From: a virus
Taxonomy: Duplodnaviria; Caudoviricetes
DNA: 28,860 nt
Virus record (IMG/VR): IMGVR_UViG_3300011253_000542
Coordinates: 1 to 28,860 of that record
Direction: 5' to 3' (one strand)
Part shown: one piece after another, positions 8,838-18,526 of the stretch
Layout: each line of letters begins with the position of its first letter
How positions within the stretch are numbered: position 1 is the first letter of the stretch
Translations under genes and position numbers: made by a program
Notes under the pieces: model-generated
The model's database searches: none
Told to the model about the DNA's origin: nothing
What the model saw: only the letters and a program-made list of their open reading frames with translations

Positions 8838-10991
8838 ATGGCAAAGAAAAGTATTAACATAAGGGCTGGATATGATTTAGCTTTTTTCAGCAAAGAAAAT
8901 CAAAATCTCGCAAGAGAAATGCGAAAGTCAGGCAAAAAGATGCAGTCAATTGGCAAGTCATTGTCAATGTCATTGACTGCTCCAATTGCAATTCTTGGTG
9001 GTCTTGCAGTCAAAACATTTGCAACGTTTGAGCAATCAATGGCAAAAGTTCAAGCCATTAGTGGTGCAACTGGTAAAGAATTTGAAAACTTAACAAACCT
9101 TGCAAAACAACTTGGAATCACAACACGATTTTCAGCAAGTGAGGTTTCAGAGTTAATGTTGAACTACTCTAAACTTGGTTTTAGTTCTCAAGAAATTGAC
9201 AAAATAACTGCATCAACATTAAACCTTGCATTGGCAACTGGTGAAGATTTGGCAGAATCAGCAACAATGGCTGGTGGTATGTTAAGAGCATATAAAATTG
9301 ATGCTCAAGATGTTTCAAAAGTTACAGACACAATGGCTCTTGCATTTTCTTCATCTTCGCTTGATTTAGAAAAATTTAAGGTTTCAATGCCAAAGGTGGC
9401 ATCGGTTTCAAATGCACTTGGTTTTTCGTTTCAACGAACAACTGCAATGATTTCAACATTAGTGAGTGGTACACATGAAGCATCAACGGCTGGTACAATG
9501 TTGAGAAACATGATGTTGAAAGCTAAAAAAGAAGGATTTAGTTTTGATGGTGCTATTCAAGCAATTGCAAACAGTTCAGATAAAGCAGATAAAGCACTGG
9601 AGTTTTTTGATGCACGTGCAGTTGGTGTTGCAATTACTTTAGCTGAAAATATTGATTTAACAAATCAGTTGACCAAAGAATATATGGCTTCAGGTGGTAC
9701 TGCTAAAGCAATGGCGGACATTATGGACAACACACTTGAAGGTGAAATGAAAAGATTAAATTCTGCAACGGAAGGACTTGCAATCGAGTTTGGTCAAATC
9801 ATGGCTCCAGCAGTTGGAAAGGTTGCTGACTTACTTGCTTCGTTTGCTCTTATGATGTCCAAGTTACCGAAGCCAGTTAAAACTGTAATCACTGTTGTTG
9901 CTGGTTTGACTGCAGTTGTTGGTCCATTAATATTTGCAATCGGTGGTTTAAAGATTGCATTTGCAACAATTACAAAATCAACAATAATAATTGCAGCAAA
10001 AATCATTGCACTTATTGCGGTCTTAGCTGGTATTGTTTTAGTTTATCAATACATAAGAGATAACTCAGAAGCATTTAGAGATTTTTTTTATAATTTATGG
10101 GTTAAGATTGCAAACAATACAATTGAGGCGGTTAAAACAATAGCAAAAGGACTTGCAAAGTTTGCTGGTTTATTTGGCATTGATATTGGTGTTGATGCAT
10201 TCTTTGACAAGTTTAAACTTAAACCACGTGAAGCAACAAAGGAACTGAAGTCATTTGGTGATACAATAAAAAAGGTTAAAGAAAAAGTTGCATCATTTAC
10301 AATCCAAGATGTTGAAGAAGCAGAAACTGGCAAAACAAAAACTCCTGAAAAACTACTAACTGAAAAAGAATCAAATAAAAAAGTATCAACTTTAAAAGCT
10401 CAAATTAATGACATCATGAAAGGGTTTCAACCTGAAATCATTCCAGTTGTTAAGGTTGACAAAATTGCTGAACAATTAAAATCAAAACTTGAAGCTGCAA
10501 AACCTAAATTTGTACAAATTGGTGAACAAATTGGTGAAGCACTTTCAAGTGGTTTAAAAAATTTAGTTCAACAAGGTGCGGTTCAACTTGGTGAATTTTT
10601 AGGGGATGCATTGACAGGTGATGCTGATGCAAAAGATTTTGGAAAAGGTTTGTTAAGTTCAATAGGTGGATTTATGAAATCATTTGGTGAAGCAATGATT
10701 GCAATTGGTATTGCTGAAAGTGCTATTGCAAAATCAATTGCACTTGGTCCAGCAGGTGCTGGTCTTGCAATTGCTGGTGGTATTGCATTGATTGCAGCTG
10801 GTGCAGCATTGTCAAACTTGAGCAAAAAAGGAATTGACACTGGTGGCGGTGGCGGTGGTAATGTTCCAGCACCATCAATGGCTGGTGGCGGTATTGGTGC
10901 AATGAACACACAACCAATTGCATTAGAAACAAAGATTTCAGGACGTGATTTAATATTGGTTCAAAATAGAGAAAAAGGATTTACAAGATAA
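8838..10991 (+). CDS. Tail tape measure protein (TP901-type core)
   Basis: FEQSMAKVQAISGAT, TRFSASEV, LNLALATG, AKAMADIMDNTLEG; Ala/Gly-rich helical with hydrophobic segments. Confidence 0.95.
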   Translation: MAKKSINIRAGYDLAFFSKENQNLAREMRKSGKKMQSIGKSLSMSLTAPIAILGGLAVKTFATFEQSMAKVQAISGATGKEFENLTNLAKQLGITTRFSASEVSELMLNYSKLGFSSQEIDKITASTLNLALATGEDLAESATMAGGMLRAYKIDAQDVSKVTDTMALAFSSSSLDLEKFKVSMPKVASVSNALGFSFQRTTAMISTLVSGTHEASTAGTMLRNMMLKAKKEGFSFDGAIQAIANSSDKADKALEFFDARAVGVAITLAENIDLTNQLTKEYMASGGTAKAMADIMDNTLEGEMKRLNSATEGLAIEFGQIMAPAVGKVADLLASFALMMSKLPKPVKTVITVVAGLTAVVGPLIFAIGGLKIAFATITKSTIIIAAKIIALIAVLAGIVLVYQYIRDNSEAFRDFFYNLWVKIANNTIEAVKTIAKGLAKFAGLFGIDIGVDAFFDKFKLKPREATKELKSFGDTIKKVKEKVASFTIQDVEEAETGKTKTPEKLLTEKESNKKVSTLKAQINDIMKGFQPEIIPVVKVDKIAEQLKSKLEAAKPKFVQIGEQIGEALSSGLKNLVQQGAVQLGEFLGDALTGDADAKDFGKGLLSSIGGFMKSFGEAMIAIGIAESAIAKSIALGPAGAGLAIAGGIALIAAGAALSNLSKKGIDTGGGGGGNVPAPSMAGGGIGAMNTQPIALETKISGRDLILVQNREKGFTR

Positions 10992-10994
10992 TAA

Positions 10995-13646
10995 ATGAGT
11001 GGTGTAATATTTAGCAGTGAGTTATATTCTAACAATGGCACACGATACAAAGTTGAATTGTTTGGTGATGATTACAACGGACTTCCAAAGGTTGAAATAA
11101 TTGGTGGAACTGGAAACACATTTTACATCAATAAAGATTGGCGTGATTTTCTTGAGGTTGGTCAAGATTTGTTACTTTATACAAGTTCATCAACACAATC
11201 AGCAAATGTCACTGGTATTGTTTCAAACGGAATAACTACACAAATTACAACGGACCAAAGTTATTCAGCGACATACACACACATCGGTTCATCTGATATT
11301 GTTGCAAACCAATACAAACCAACATTTGCACCAAGATTGGTTGATTTAAAAACTGAATGGAAAGGTGAAGGTGATGAAATACTTGGTTCAATAAAGTCAT
11401 CAAGCACATCAGTCACATATGCAAACAATGATCGTTATTTTGATAGGTTCTTTGAACAATACCAAATCACACAAGATAACAAACTAAAATTGTTGGTATA
11501 TAGATACACAACGGATTGGGAATTGGATTGGGCTGGTATCATTGTAATGGACCTTGTTCAATGGTCAAACATAGATAAACCAAGACCATATACATTCAAA
11601 GCCATTGATGGACTTGATGCACTTAAAAAATACGAGTACACACAAACAACATTATCGGTTAATAAAATACAAAGCAACATATTTGAAATTCTTGATATTC
11701 TTGGATTAAAACAATTTTGGGGTTCATCAGATGCTTACATTCGTGAATCAATCGAATATTCATCACGTGTACTTGAAGCAACCACAACAACGAATGATTC
11801 ACCAATTGATTACACTTATATTCCTGACAATATGTTTATTGGTGACACAAATGAAAATCCAACACAATATTTGTCATATTATGATGCACTGAAAGGATTA
11901 ATGGATTTGTTCAGTTGTCGCATATACCATGCTGATGGTGTGTATTGGATTCAGCAAGTAAGGAATTTTGATGCAACAACAATTAAATATCGTGAGTATT
12001 TAAAAAATGGTACATATACCAATGACACATACACACATCAAAAGTCAGTTGGTAATTCAGGAAGTGAGAATTTAAGAATTTTAGCTGGTGGAACATTTGG
12101 GTATTTTGCTGGTGCATATAGAACAAGAATTTTAGCAAAGCAACACATTGAGGGTAAGTTAACATTTGGAAGTGGTTTGTTTGTATTTGGAACTGGTGTC
12201 ACACAATCAATATCTGCAAACATAGGAACAATAAAAAGTGATGGTGTTGGTCACATAAGGGTTGGAATGCGTGTCCGTTTGGGTAATTTAAAATTTGCAA
12301 ATTATTCAACAAATATTGATTTAGAGATTTATAGTGGCAATAGATACATCAAAGGAGTAGGAAATGCACCACAACTTGAGGGTAAATGGTATGATGATCC
12401 AAATTCAACAAATCGAAACTGGACTAAAATTGTAAAAAATACAAGTGGTGATACATATGTTTTTTTTGATACACCAGCAATAAATTTTGAAGCGGACAAC
12501 ATGATTGTAAAAGTGAGTGCAACATATAATGGACCAATTGACACTGGTGTTGCATTTTATATTGATAATGTACAAGTATTGTTTCCTGAACTAACAAGCG
12601 ATGATGAAAACACAATGATTTTGGAAGTTGAGAATCCGAGCGGTTTTTACACAAAGGAGGTTGAACTTGATCCTTTAATTATTGTAGATTCAGAAATTGG
12701 AACATCAACGATTGCAAAAATTCAGATTGATGAAAATTACAACAATACACAATCATTTAGTTTGGTTGAATCAACAACATGGGATTGTGATTTTGACACA
12801 TATCCATTTTTATCTTATGCTCGTGTAATGGAAGCAATGTCATTGCAAACAAAGCCAGTTGAAAAAATAATGAGTACAATTGTTGGTGATTATTATCCAT
12901 ATCAATCATTGGCATATAATGACAAGGTTTATGTGTTTAGTGGTTGCACACGTGACTATGGAATGGATGAGGTCAGTGGTGAATGGTTTGAACAAATATC
13001 TGCAAGAACTGGTGTTGCAATTAAAAGAATAAAAGACATTATTGATCCTAACGATATTGACATAAACAATGGTGAAGTTGCTGAAAATACTAATAAAATT
13101 TATCGAGGTATTGAAGAACTTACACCAATGTTAAATTCATCAGATACATATGCAGTATTCCAAAAAAACAGAGTCATTGAAGATGGCGGTGTTTTTGAGG
13201 GGGTTGATTTTATTGAAGAATTTTTTCCTGATAATTACGTTGTTCAACAAATAAACATTCCACCATATGAAGGAAACAGAATTTATGAAGGTGATATTTT
13301 AAGCGTTATAAATTCAAACAATAACAATGAAACAGATTATTTTGTTGTGACTGCTGATGTTCTTCCAAATGCAACATTTATTCCAGTTGTTCAAAAGGAA
13401 ACAACCTATCCAATAAGTCAAGGTGATATTCCAGTTTTTAAGAAAGGTGAGGTCACCGAATCTAACAAAGTACGTGCAGACCTATTTCAAATGAAAGGCA
13501 ATGCACTTCCACCAACATCAGAAAGTGGTGGTGGTGGTGACTATTTCAAGAATGGTGAGTTTATGTTTTATGGTAGGCATATTTATTGGCGAGATCAAAA
13601 TGGTGATTATCATACACTGCAAGGAAACACACATCATCCTGACTAA
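10995..13646 (+). CDS. Large tail-tip / baseplate hub protein
   Basis: 883 aa, beta-rich, directly after the tape measure gene; FKAIDGLDALK and FSCRIYHADGVYWI hub-like segments. Confidence 0.65.
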   Translation: MSGVIFSSELYSNNGTRYKVELFGDDYNGLPKVEIIGGTGNTFYINKDWRDFLEVGQDLLLYTSSSTQSANVTGIVSNGITTQITTDQSYSATYTHIGSSDIVANQYKPTFAPRLVDLKTEWKGEGDEILGSIKSSSTSVTYANNDRYFDRFFEQYQITQDNKLKLLVYRYTTDWELDWAGIIVMDLVQWSNIDKPRPYTFKAIDGLDALKKYEYTQTTLSVNKIQSNIFEILDILGLKQFWGSSDAYIRESIEYSSRVLEATTTTNDSPIDYTYIPDNMFIGDTNENPTQYLSYYDALKGLMDLFSCRIYHADGVYWIQQVRNFDATTIKYREYLKNGTYTNDTYTHQKSVGNSGSENLRILAGGTFGYFAGAYRTRILAKQHIEGKLTFGSGLFVFGTGVTQSISANIGTIKSDGVGHIRVGMRVRLGNLKFANYSTNIDLEIYSGNRYIKGVGNAPQLEGKWYDDPNSTNRNWTKIVKNTSGDTYVFFDTPAINFEADNMIVKVSATYNGPIDTGVAFYIDNVQVLFPELTSDDENTMILEVENPSGFYTKEVELDPLIIVDSEIGTSTIAKIQIDENYNNTQSFSLVESTTWDCDFDTYPFLSYARVMEAMSLQTKPVEKIMSTIVGDYYPYQSLAYNDKVYVFSGCTRDYGMDEVSGEWFEQISARTGVAIKRIKDIIDPNDIDINNGEVAENTNKIYRGIEELTPMLNSSDTYAVFQKNRVIEDGGVFEGVDFIEEFFPDNYVVQQINIPPYEGNRIYEGDILSVINSNNNNETDYFVVTADVLPNATFIPVVQKETTYPISQGDIPVFKKGEVTESNKVRADLFQMKGNALPPTSESGGGGDYFKNGEFMFYGRHIYWRDQNGDYHTLQGNTHHPD

Positions 13647-13963
13647 TGCCAAAAATGCCACACAAAGTTTATTCGTTTAAAGAGAATAAACCAAAAAAGA
13701 AGAACTGGTTGAAGGACCAAAGTGATTTGCAGTTTTACAACACATCAAGGTGGCGTAAATTATCACTTGCATACAAGATGCAACATCCAGTGTGTGAGGT
13801 TGTGAATTGTCATCAATCATCATACTTTACTGACCACATTGTTCCAGTGTCTGATGGTGGTGATAAATGGGATGAAAATAATTTTCAAGCATTGTGCAGA
13901 TCATGCAACGCATCAAAAACTGCTAAACAAAGTAAAAAAGTTTACACTAATAAATTTGATTGA
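13646..13963 (+). CDS. HNH endonuclease, HK97 gp74-like (terminase accessory)
   Basis: FYNTSRWRKL, PVCE, DHIVP..GG, NFQALCRSCN. Confidence 0.85.
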   Translation: MPKMPHKVYSFKENKPKKKNWLKDQSDLQFYNTSRWRKLSLAYKMQHPVCEVVNCHQSSYFTDHIVPVSDGGDKWDENNFQALCRSCNASKTAKQSKKVYTNKFD

Positions 13964-13976
13964 TATTACAAATTTG
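13951..13976 (+). promoter_or_regulatory. Candidate -7 elements TAAATTTG (13951-13958) and CAAATTTG (13969-13976)
   Basis: One exact and one 7/8 match to TAnnTTTG upstream of ATG 13982. Confidence 0.4.
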
Positions 13977-13981
13977 CATAA

Positions 13982-14377
13982 ATGATTGGAGGTGCTATCT
14001 ATCAACTGCTAAATGTTACATCAATAACAAGTATAGTTGAGCAATTGAACTATGGACTTGCTGCACAAGAAAATTTGTTTCCACGTGTTATTATAACCGA
14101 ACAATCCACACCTGAAAACTTTAAGGATGGATACTCAATAATAAATCACGATGTTGAAATTAATATTTTTGCAAGTAAAGTCAAAGATGGTAATGGCGGA
14201 TTTGCTGAAGCATCAAATATTGCTGACCAAATTGATTTGATTTTAAATCGTTACAAAGGTGTAAGCGGTGGCAAAACAATTCAACAAATTTATTTGTCCA
14301 ATCAGGAAATAATGTTTGATTCAACTTCGCAATGTGCAAGAGTAATCATGGAGTATAGTGTTAGAGAAAGTATTTAA
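13982..14377 (+). CDS. Tail terminator / tail completion protein (DUF3168-like)
   Basis: MIGGAIYQLL, FPRVI, VEINIFA, ASNIADQIDLILNRYKG pattern; 131 aa. Confidence 0.7.
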   Translation: MIGGAIYQLLNVTSITSIVEQLNYGLAAQENLFPRVIITEQSTPENFKDGYSIINHDVEINIFASKVKDGNGGFAEASNIADQIDLILNRYKGVSGGKTIQQIYLSNQEIMFDSTSQCARVIMEYSVRESI

Positions 14378-14380
14378 AAA

Positions 14381-14656
14381 ATGACAATAGAAGAATTAGT
14401 TGCTTTAAAAGGCGGAAAATATGCAGACAATGGTGCGGTTGTGACTGGCACAATTGCGACAAATTATAGATTTTTAGTGGTTAATGATGATGTGGTTTTT
14501 ACTGCATTGACTGATGTTTTAGACAATAACATTCTTGAAGAATGGGGATTGACTGGAAAGACATTGACCAAAGGGATGGTAATTGCTCCAGCGAGTGAAC
14601 GACCATTCAAGACTGTAAATGTTGCAAGTGGTTCTGTATTATTGATCAAGATTTAA
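14381..14656 (+). CDS. Small beta-rich virion protein, putative head-spike base
   Basis: 91 aa, beta-strand pattern ending VASGSVLLI; size and context resemble RcGTA spike base Rcc01079 (inference). Confidence 0.5.
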   Translation: MTIEELVALKGGKYADNGAVVTGTIATNYRFLVVNDDVVFTALTDVLDNNILEEWGLTGKTLTKGMVIAPASERPFKTVNVASGSVLLIKI

Positions 14657-14808
14657 TGATTGGATTTGGCGTTCAATATAGTGCAATAAAGACATTCGAT
14701 TCAATTGGTCGGATTCTTTTTGAAGCATACAAATTAAGAGTGTTAGCCGACGGAGGAGTGGTAGAAAATAGAAGTTGTGTAATTAGAGACCTAAATAAAT
14801 TAATATGA
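14656..14808 (+). CDS. 50-aa ORF missing from the track; putative fibre linker peptide
   Basis: MIGFGVQYSAIKTFDSIGRILFEAYKLRVLADGGVVENRSCVIRDLNKLI; coupled by TAATG upstream and ATGA downstream. Confidence 0.75.
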   Translation: MIGFGVQYSAIKTFDSIGRILFEAYKLRVLADGGVVENRSCVIRDLNKLI

Positions 14809-16847
14809 GTACGATAGACAAAGCAAGTTTAATCCAAATTCCAAGCGGATATAAAAACGGAAAGCTATACTCGGTAAAACCTACTCCAACGTATGGGAGT
14901 GAGTTGGTAGTAAATGGGGATTTTGAAACTGATACGGATTGGAGCAGTACGGAAGTTGCGACAATAGGAATAAGCGGAGGTTCTATTAATTTTTCATCTA
15001 CATCAAGCAATAAAAGGATTCAAAATACAAGCAGTATTATAGTAGGTAAAAAATATATTGTTAAATATGATATAGTAAGTATCTCTGAAGGCAGTTTTGC
15101 TTTTCAAGACGGTGTGAGTACATACACCTATCGCTCATCAATTGGTTCTTATTCTGAGGAGATTACGGCATCGGGTACATTTATTCGAATACGAACAGCG
15201 GGAACAACTACGGGCTCAATCGACAACGTTTCAGTTAAAGAAGTTTTAGTTGCTGACGGCGACTTCACTTTCTCACGTTCATCAAGCGGTACAAGGGTAA
15301 ACGCTGACGGATATATTGAGGAAGTACCTTGGAACTTGGTAACGAATTCAAATGATTTGTCGTATTTAACTACTTCAAATGTAATAAAAACAACAAACGC
15401 GATAACTTCACCTATTGGCTCAAATGATGGTATTTCAGTGGTTAATACTAACAATTATGGAAACTTATTTAAAACTAATGTTACAATAAAAAAAGATTCT
15501 AATTTTACGCAAAGCGTTTATGTAAAGCCATTTTCAACAAGTTTTATTTATATGAGGGCATTATCATTTGATAATGATATGTTTTGTTGGTTTGATTTAG
15601 AAAATGTTAGTGTTGGAACTGATGCTTATAATATTGGAAGCATTGAACAAGCTGAAGATGGATGGGTAAGGTGTAGCATTACCTTTACAAGTACAACAAA
15701 TTTAACTGGTAGATTGTATTTGTATGCAACTTCAGCAGATAATCAAACTGCACAAACTGGTGACTCAGTTTATTATTGGGGATTGCAATATAATCACGGC
15801 TCACCAAAGCCTTACATAAAAACTACTAACAGACTTGACGTTCCTCGCTTGGATTATAGCGGTGGTGCAAGTTGTGCGAGTTTATTACTTGAACCGCAGA
15901 GAACGAATTTGATTACTTATTCAGAAGATTTTACTCAATGGACAATACAAAGCGGTGTTACTGCTACACATAACACTACTGAAACATTAAGCCCTGACGG
16001 TACAAATAACGCAACAAAGTTTGTAGGAAACGGAACTTCAGGAGTTTTAAAAAGTACTCCAGTTACGGGAGTTGTGGCAAGGTCTATATATTTAAAAAGT
16101 GTAAGCGGTACAGTTAACGTAATTTTAAAAGACCCAATATTAACAGTTACGCAAAAAAGTTTGTCAGTTACGACAGAATGGCAAAGATTTGACCTTATAG
16201 AAGATAACACACACTCAAGCACTCAAGGTCTTTGGGTTGATGATATACCATCAAGCGGAATATATATGTGGGGAGGACAACTTGAAAGTGGCGATTATAG
16301 CACATCCTATATTCCCACAAGCGGAAGCACAGTAAGTCGAACCGCCGATGTCTGCAACAATGCTGGGACTTCTGCGACGTTTAATGACTCGGAAGGGGTG
16401 TTGTTTTTTGAGGGTTCTTTATTAGATGTTTCAGAAAATGACAAGAGAATATCTATCAGTGATGGATTGGATGTAGAGAATAGAATTACACTAAGGTTTT
16501 TAGACGATAATGAGTTAAGTGTTCAAATTGGTTTTACTAACGGATTTAATGAAACTTTGACTTTATCAGAAAGCAATAATAAAATAGCAGTAGTTTATGA
16601 CTCAACAAATGCTTCGGTTTTTATAAATGGCGTAAAATTGGTTACAAATACAATGTCATCATTAAGCGGTTTATCTCAATTACAATTTAATAGATTTGGC
16701 GGTACTTCAAATGACTTCTACGGCAAAACAAAACAATTAATGGTCTTTGATGAGGCGTTGAGTGATGAGGAACTATCGGATTTGACTGGTCAGGTAAACT
16801 TGAGTTTTAATAATTTAGCAACATTCTATAATTACACTATACTATAA
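14805..16847 (+). CDS. Fibre protein 1 (head-spike-fibre-like, carbohydrate-binding jelly-roll inserts, LamG-like C-terminus)
   Basis: DFTFSRSSSGTRVN, PRLDY, LLLEPQRTNL, TSYIPTSGSTVSRTAD, KIAVVY..FING, LSDEEL; Ser/Thr-rich. Confidence 0.75.
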   Translation: MSTIDKASLIQIPSGYKNGKLYSVKPTPTYGSELVVNGDFETDTDWSSTEVATIGISGGSINFSSTSSNKRIQNTSSIIVGKKYIVKYDIVSISEGSFAFQDGVSTYTYRSSIGSYSEEITASGTFIRIRTAGTTTGSIDNVSVKEVLVADGDFTFSRSSSGTRVNADGYIEEVPWNLVTNSNDLSYLTTSNVIKTTNAITSPIGSNDGISVVNTNNYGNLFKTNVTIKKDSNFTQSVYVKPFSTSFIYMRALSFDNDMFCWFDLENVSVGTDAYNIGSIEQAEDGWVRCSITFTSTTNLTGRLYLYATSADNQTAQTGDSVYYWGLQYNHGSPKPYIKTTNRLDVPRLDYSGGASCASLLLEPQRTNLITYSEDFTQWTIQSGVTATHNTTETLSPDGTNNATKFVGNGTSGVLKSTPVTGVVARSIYLKSVSGTVNVILKDPILTVTQKSLSVTTEWQRFDLIEDNTHSSTQGLWVDDIPSSGIYMWGGQLESGDYSTSYIPTSGSTVSRTADVCNNAGTSATFNDSEGVLFFEGSLLDVSENDKRISISDGLDVENRITLRFLDDNELSVQIGFTNGFNETLTLSESNNKIAVVYDSTNASVFINGVKLVTNTMSSLSGLSQLQFNRFGGTSNDFYGKTKQLMVFDEALSDEELSDLTGQVNLSFNNLATFYNYTIL

Positions 16848-18526
16848 TGGCAGAACCAACGATAAATTTAGGAGGTGGTAACTGGGCGGGAAAGTCCGAC
16901 AACCTTTTAGGATACTACAAAGAGGGTGAGAGATTCTACAAGCAAGACTTTACATTTTCAAGATCTACAACAGGAACATATACAGATTCAGACGGCTATA
17001 TCCAAGAGATGCCGTACAACCTACTTCAGCAATCAAATCAGTTTGATACTACTTGGACTTTAAGTGCTGGTATTGATTTGACAAGCGGTCAGAGTGGCTA
17101 TGATGGAACGAATAATGCTTGGTTATTAAAAAGAAACACAACTGGTGCAAGATATGTACAACAAAGTTTAACAAGACCTTCAGGTCAATATAGTTTTAGT
17201 GTATATTTAAAAGCTGAATCTACTGATTGGAGTTATATTTGGGCATATGATGGCTCAACTACGGTAAACGCTTACTTTGATTTAAACAATGGTGTTGTCG
17301 GTAATACGTCAGGATTAGACTCAACAAATGTTGTAAGTGTTGGTAATGACTGGTATAGATGTACAATAACATTTACTCAAGCTATAACAAGCGTAAGAAT
17401 ATACCCAGCGTATGCAAATGGTAGTATATCAACTGGAACAGATAATGGCATCTACATCCAAGACGCCCAACTCGTCAAAGGCACATCCGCAAAGACATAT
17501 TTTCCAACGACAACGAGGTTAAATATGCCAAGAGTTGACTACCTTAACAACTCCAATGGCTCACTTATTTTAGAGCCTCAGAGGACCAATAACTTTCCTA
17601 ATTCTTCAGATTTTAGCATTTTTACTGTTGCTTCAGCAGGAACTGGCACAAATCCCACAATAACATCAAATTATTCTATTAGTCCAGATGGGAATCAAAA
17701 TGCAGACCGAATAATATTTGACAGAGGGACTGGCACTACTGGTGGTGATACGAGTTACATAACTTATAATTTGTCATTGGGTACTATTGATTCAACTTTA
17801 TCAATATATTTAAAAACTAACGATGAAACAACTAAAGATGTTACTTTAAGATTAGGAGCTGCGTTGTTTGATTATGATGTTACAGTTACTTCTCAATGGC
17901 AAAGATTTACATTAAATGGTAACACAAATGTTGATAGGGTTCAAATTTTACTTTATGGTAACCAAAACAGTCAGACTGCTGATTTAAGTTGTTATGGACT
18001 TCAAATTGAGCAAGGCAGCTACCCCACAACCCTAATAAATACTTCAGGCTCATCCGTTACAAGGAATGCGGATGCGTGTGAATTAACAAACGTTGCGGAT
18101 AGAATAGGGCAAACGGAGGGGACTTTGTATGGTGAGTTTGATTTTAAAGACCATTCAACTGGGACTCGAAGATTGTTATGTTTAACTGACGGAACATCAA
18201 CAAACAGAATAACAACATACGTAAATACTTTGGACAAATTATCTGTTTATATAGTTAATGGAGGTGCAGCACAAGCAGACATACAAGCAACAATACTAAC
18301 AGAGGGTATAATTAAGTATGCAGTTGCATATGCAAACAATAGCATTAAATTATATTTAAACGGAACGCAAGTAGGTACAGATACAAGTGCTACTATTCCA
18401 TCAACAAGCGATTTTTTGGTTGGCTTTGAGCATAGTGGCTCATCATCTTATTTTAATTGGAGAAATTGTCAACTTTATTCAACCGCATTAACAGATAGCG
18501 AATTAGCAACATTAACAACATTATGA
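16847..18526 (+). CDS. Fibre protein 2, paralogue of fibre 1
   Basis: DFTFSRSTTGTY, PRVDY, LILEPQRTN, TSGSSVTRNAD, KYAVAY..YLNG, LTDSEL. Confidence 0.75.
   Translation: MAEPTINLGGGNWAGKSDNLLGYYKEGERFYKQDFTFSRSTTGTYTDSDGYIQEMPYNLLQQSNQFDTTWTLSAGIDLTSGQSGYDGTNNAWLLKRNTTGARYVQQSLTRPSGQYSFSVYLKAESTDWSYIWAYDGSTTVNAYFDLNNGVVGNTSGLDSTNVVSVGNDWYRCTITFTQAITSVRIYPAYANGSISTGTDNGIYIQDAQLVKGTSAKTYFPTTTRLNMPRVDYLNNSNGSLILEPQRTNNFPNSSDFSIFTVASAGTGTNPTITSNYSISPDGNQNADRIIFDRGTGTTGGDTSYITYNLSLGTIDSTLSIYLKTNDETTKDVTLRLGAALFDYDVTVTSQWQRFTLNGNTNVDRVQILLYGNQNSQTADLSCYGLQIEQGSYPTTLINTSGSSVTRNADACELTNVADRIGQTEGTLYGEFDFKDHSTGTRRLLCLTDGTSTNRITTYVNTLDKLSVYIVNGGAAQADIQATILTEGIIKYAVAYANNSIKLYLNGTQVGTDTSATIPSTSDFLVGFEHSGSSSYFNWRNCQLYSTALTDSELATLTTL

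Noticed and set aside
10842-10895. GGTGGC repeats
   Set aside because: Simply encode a Gly linker in the tape measure protein
14805-18526. Diversity-generating retroelement or invertible segment acting on the fibres
   Set aside because: No reverse transcriptase or invertase and no near-identical template/variable repeat seen; similarity is mostly at protein level
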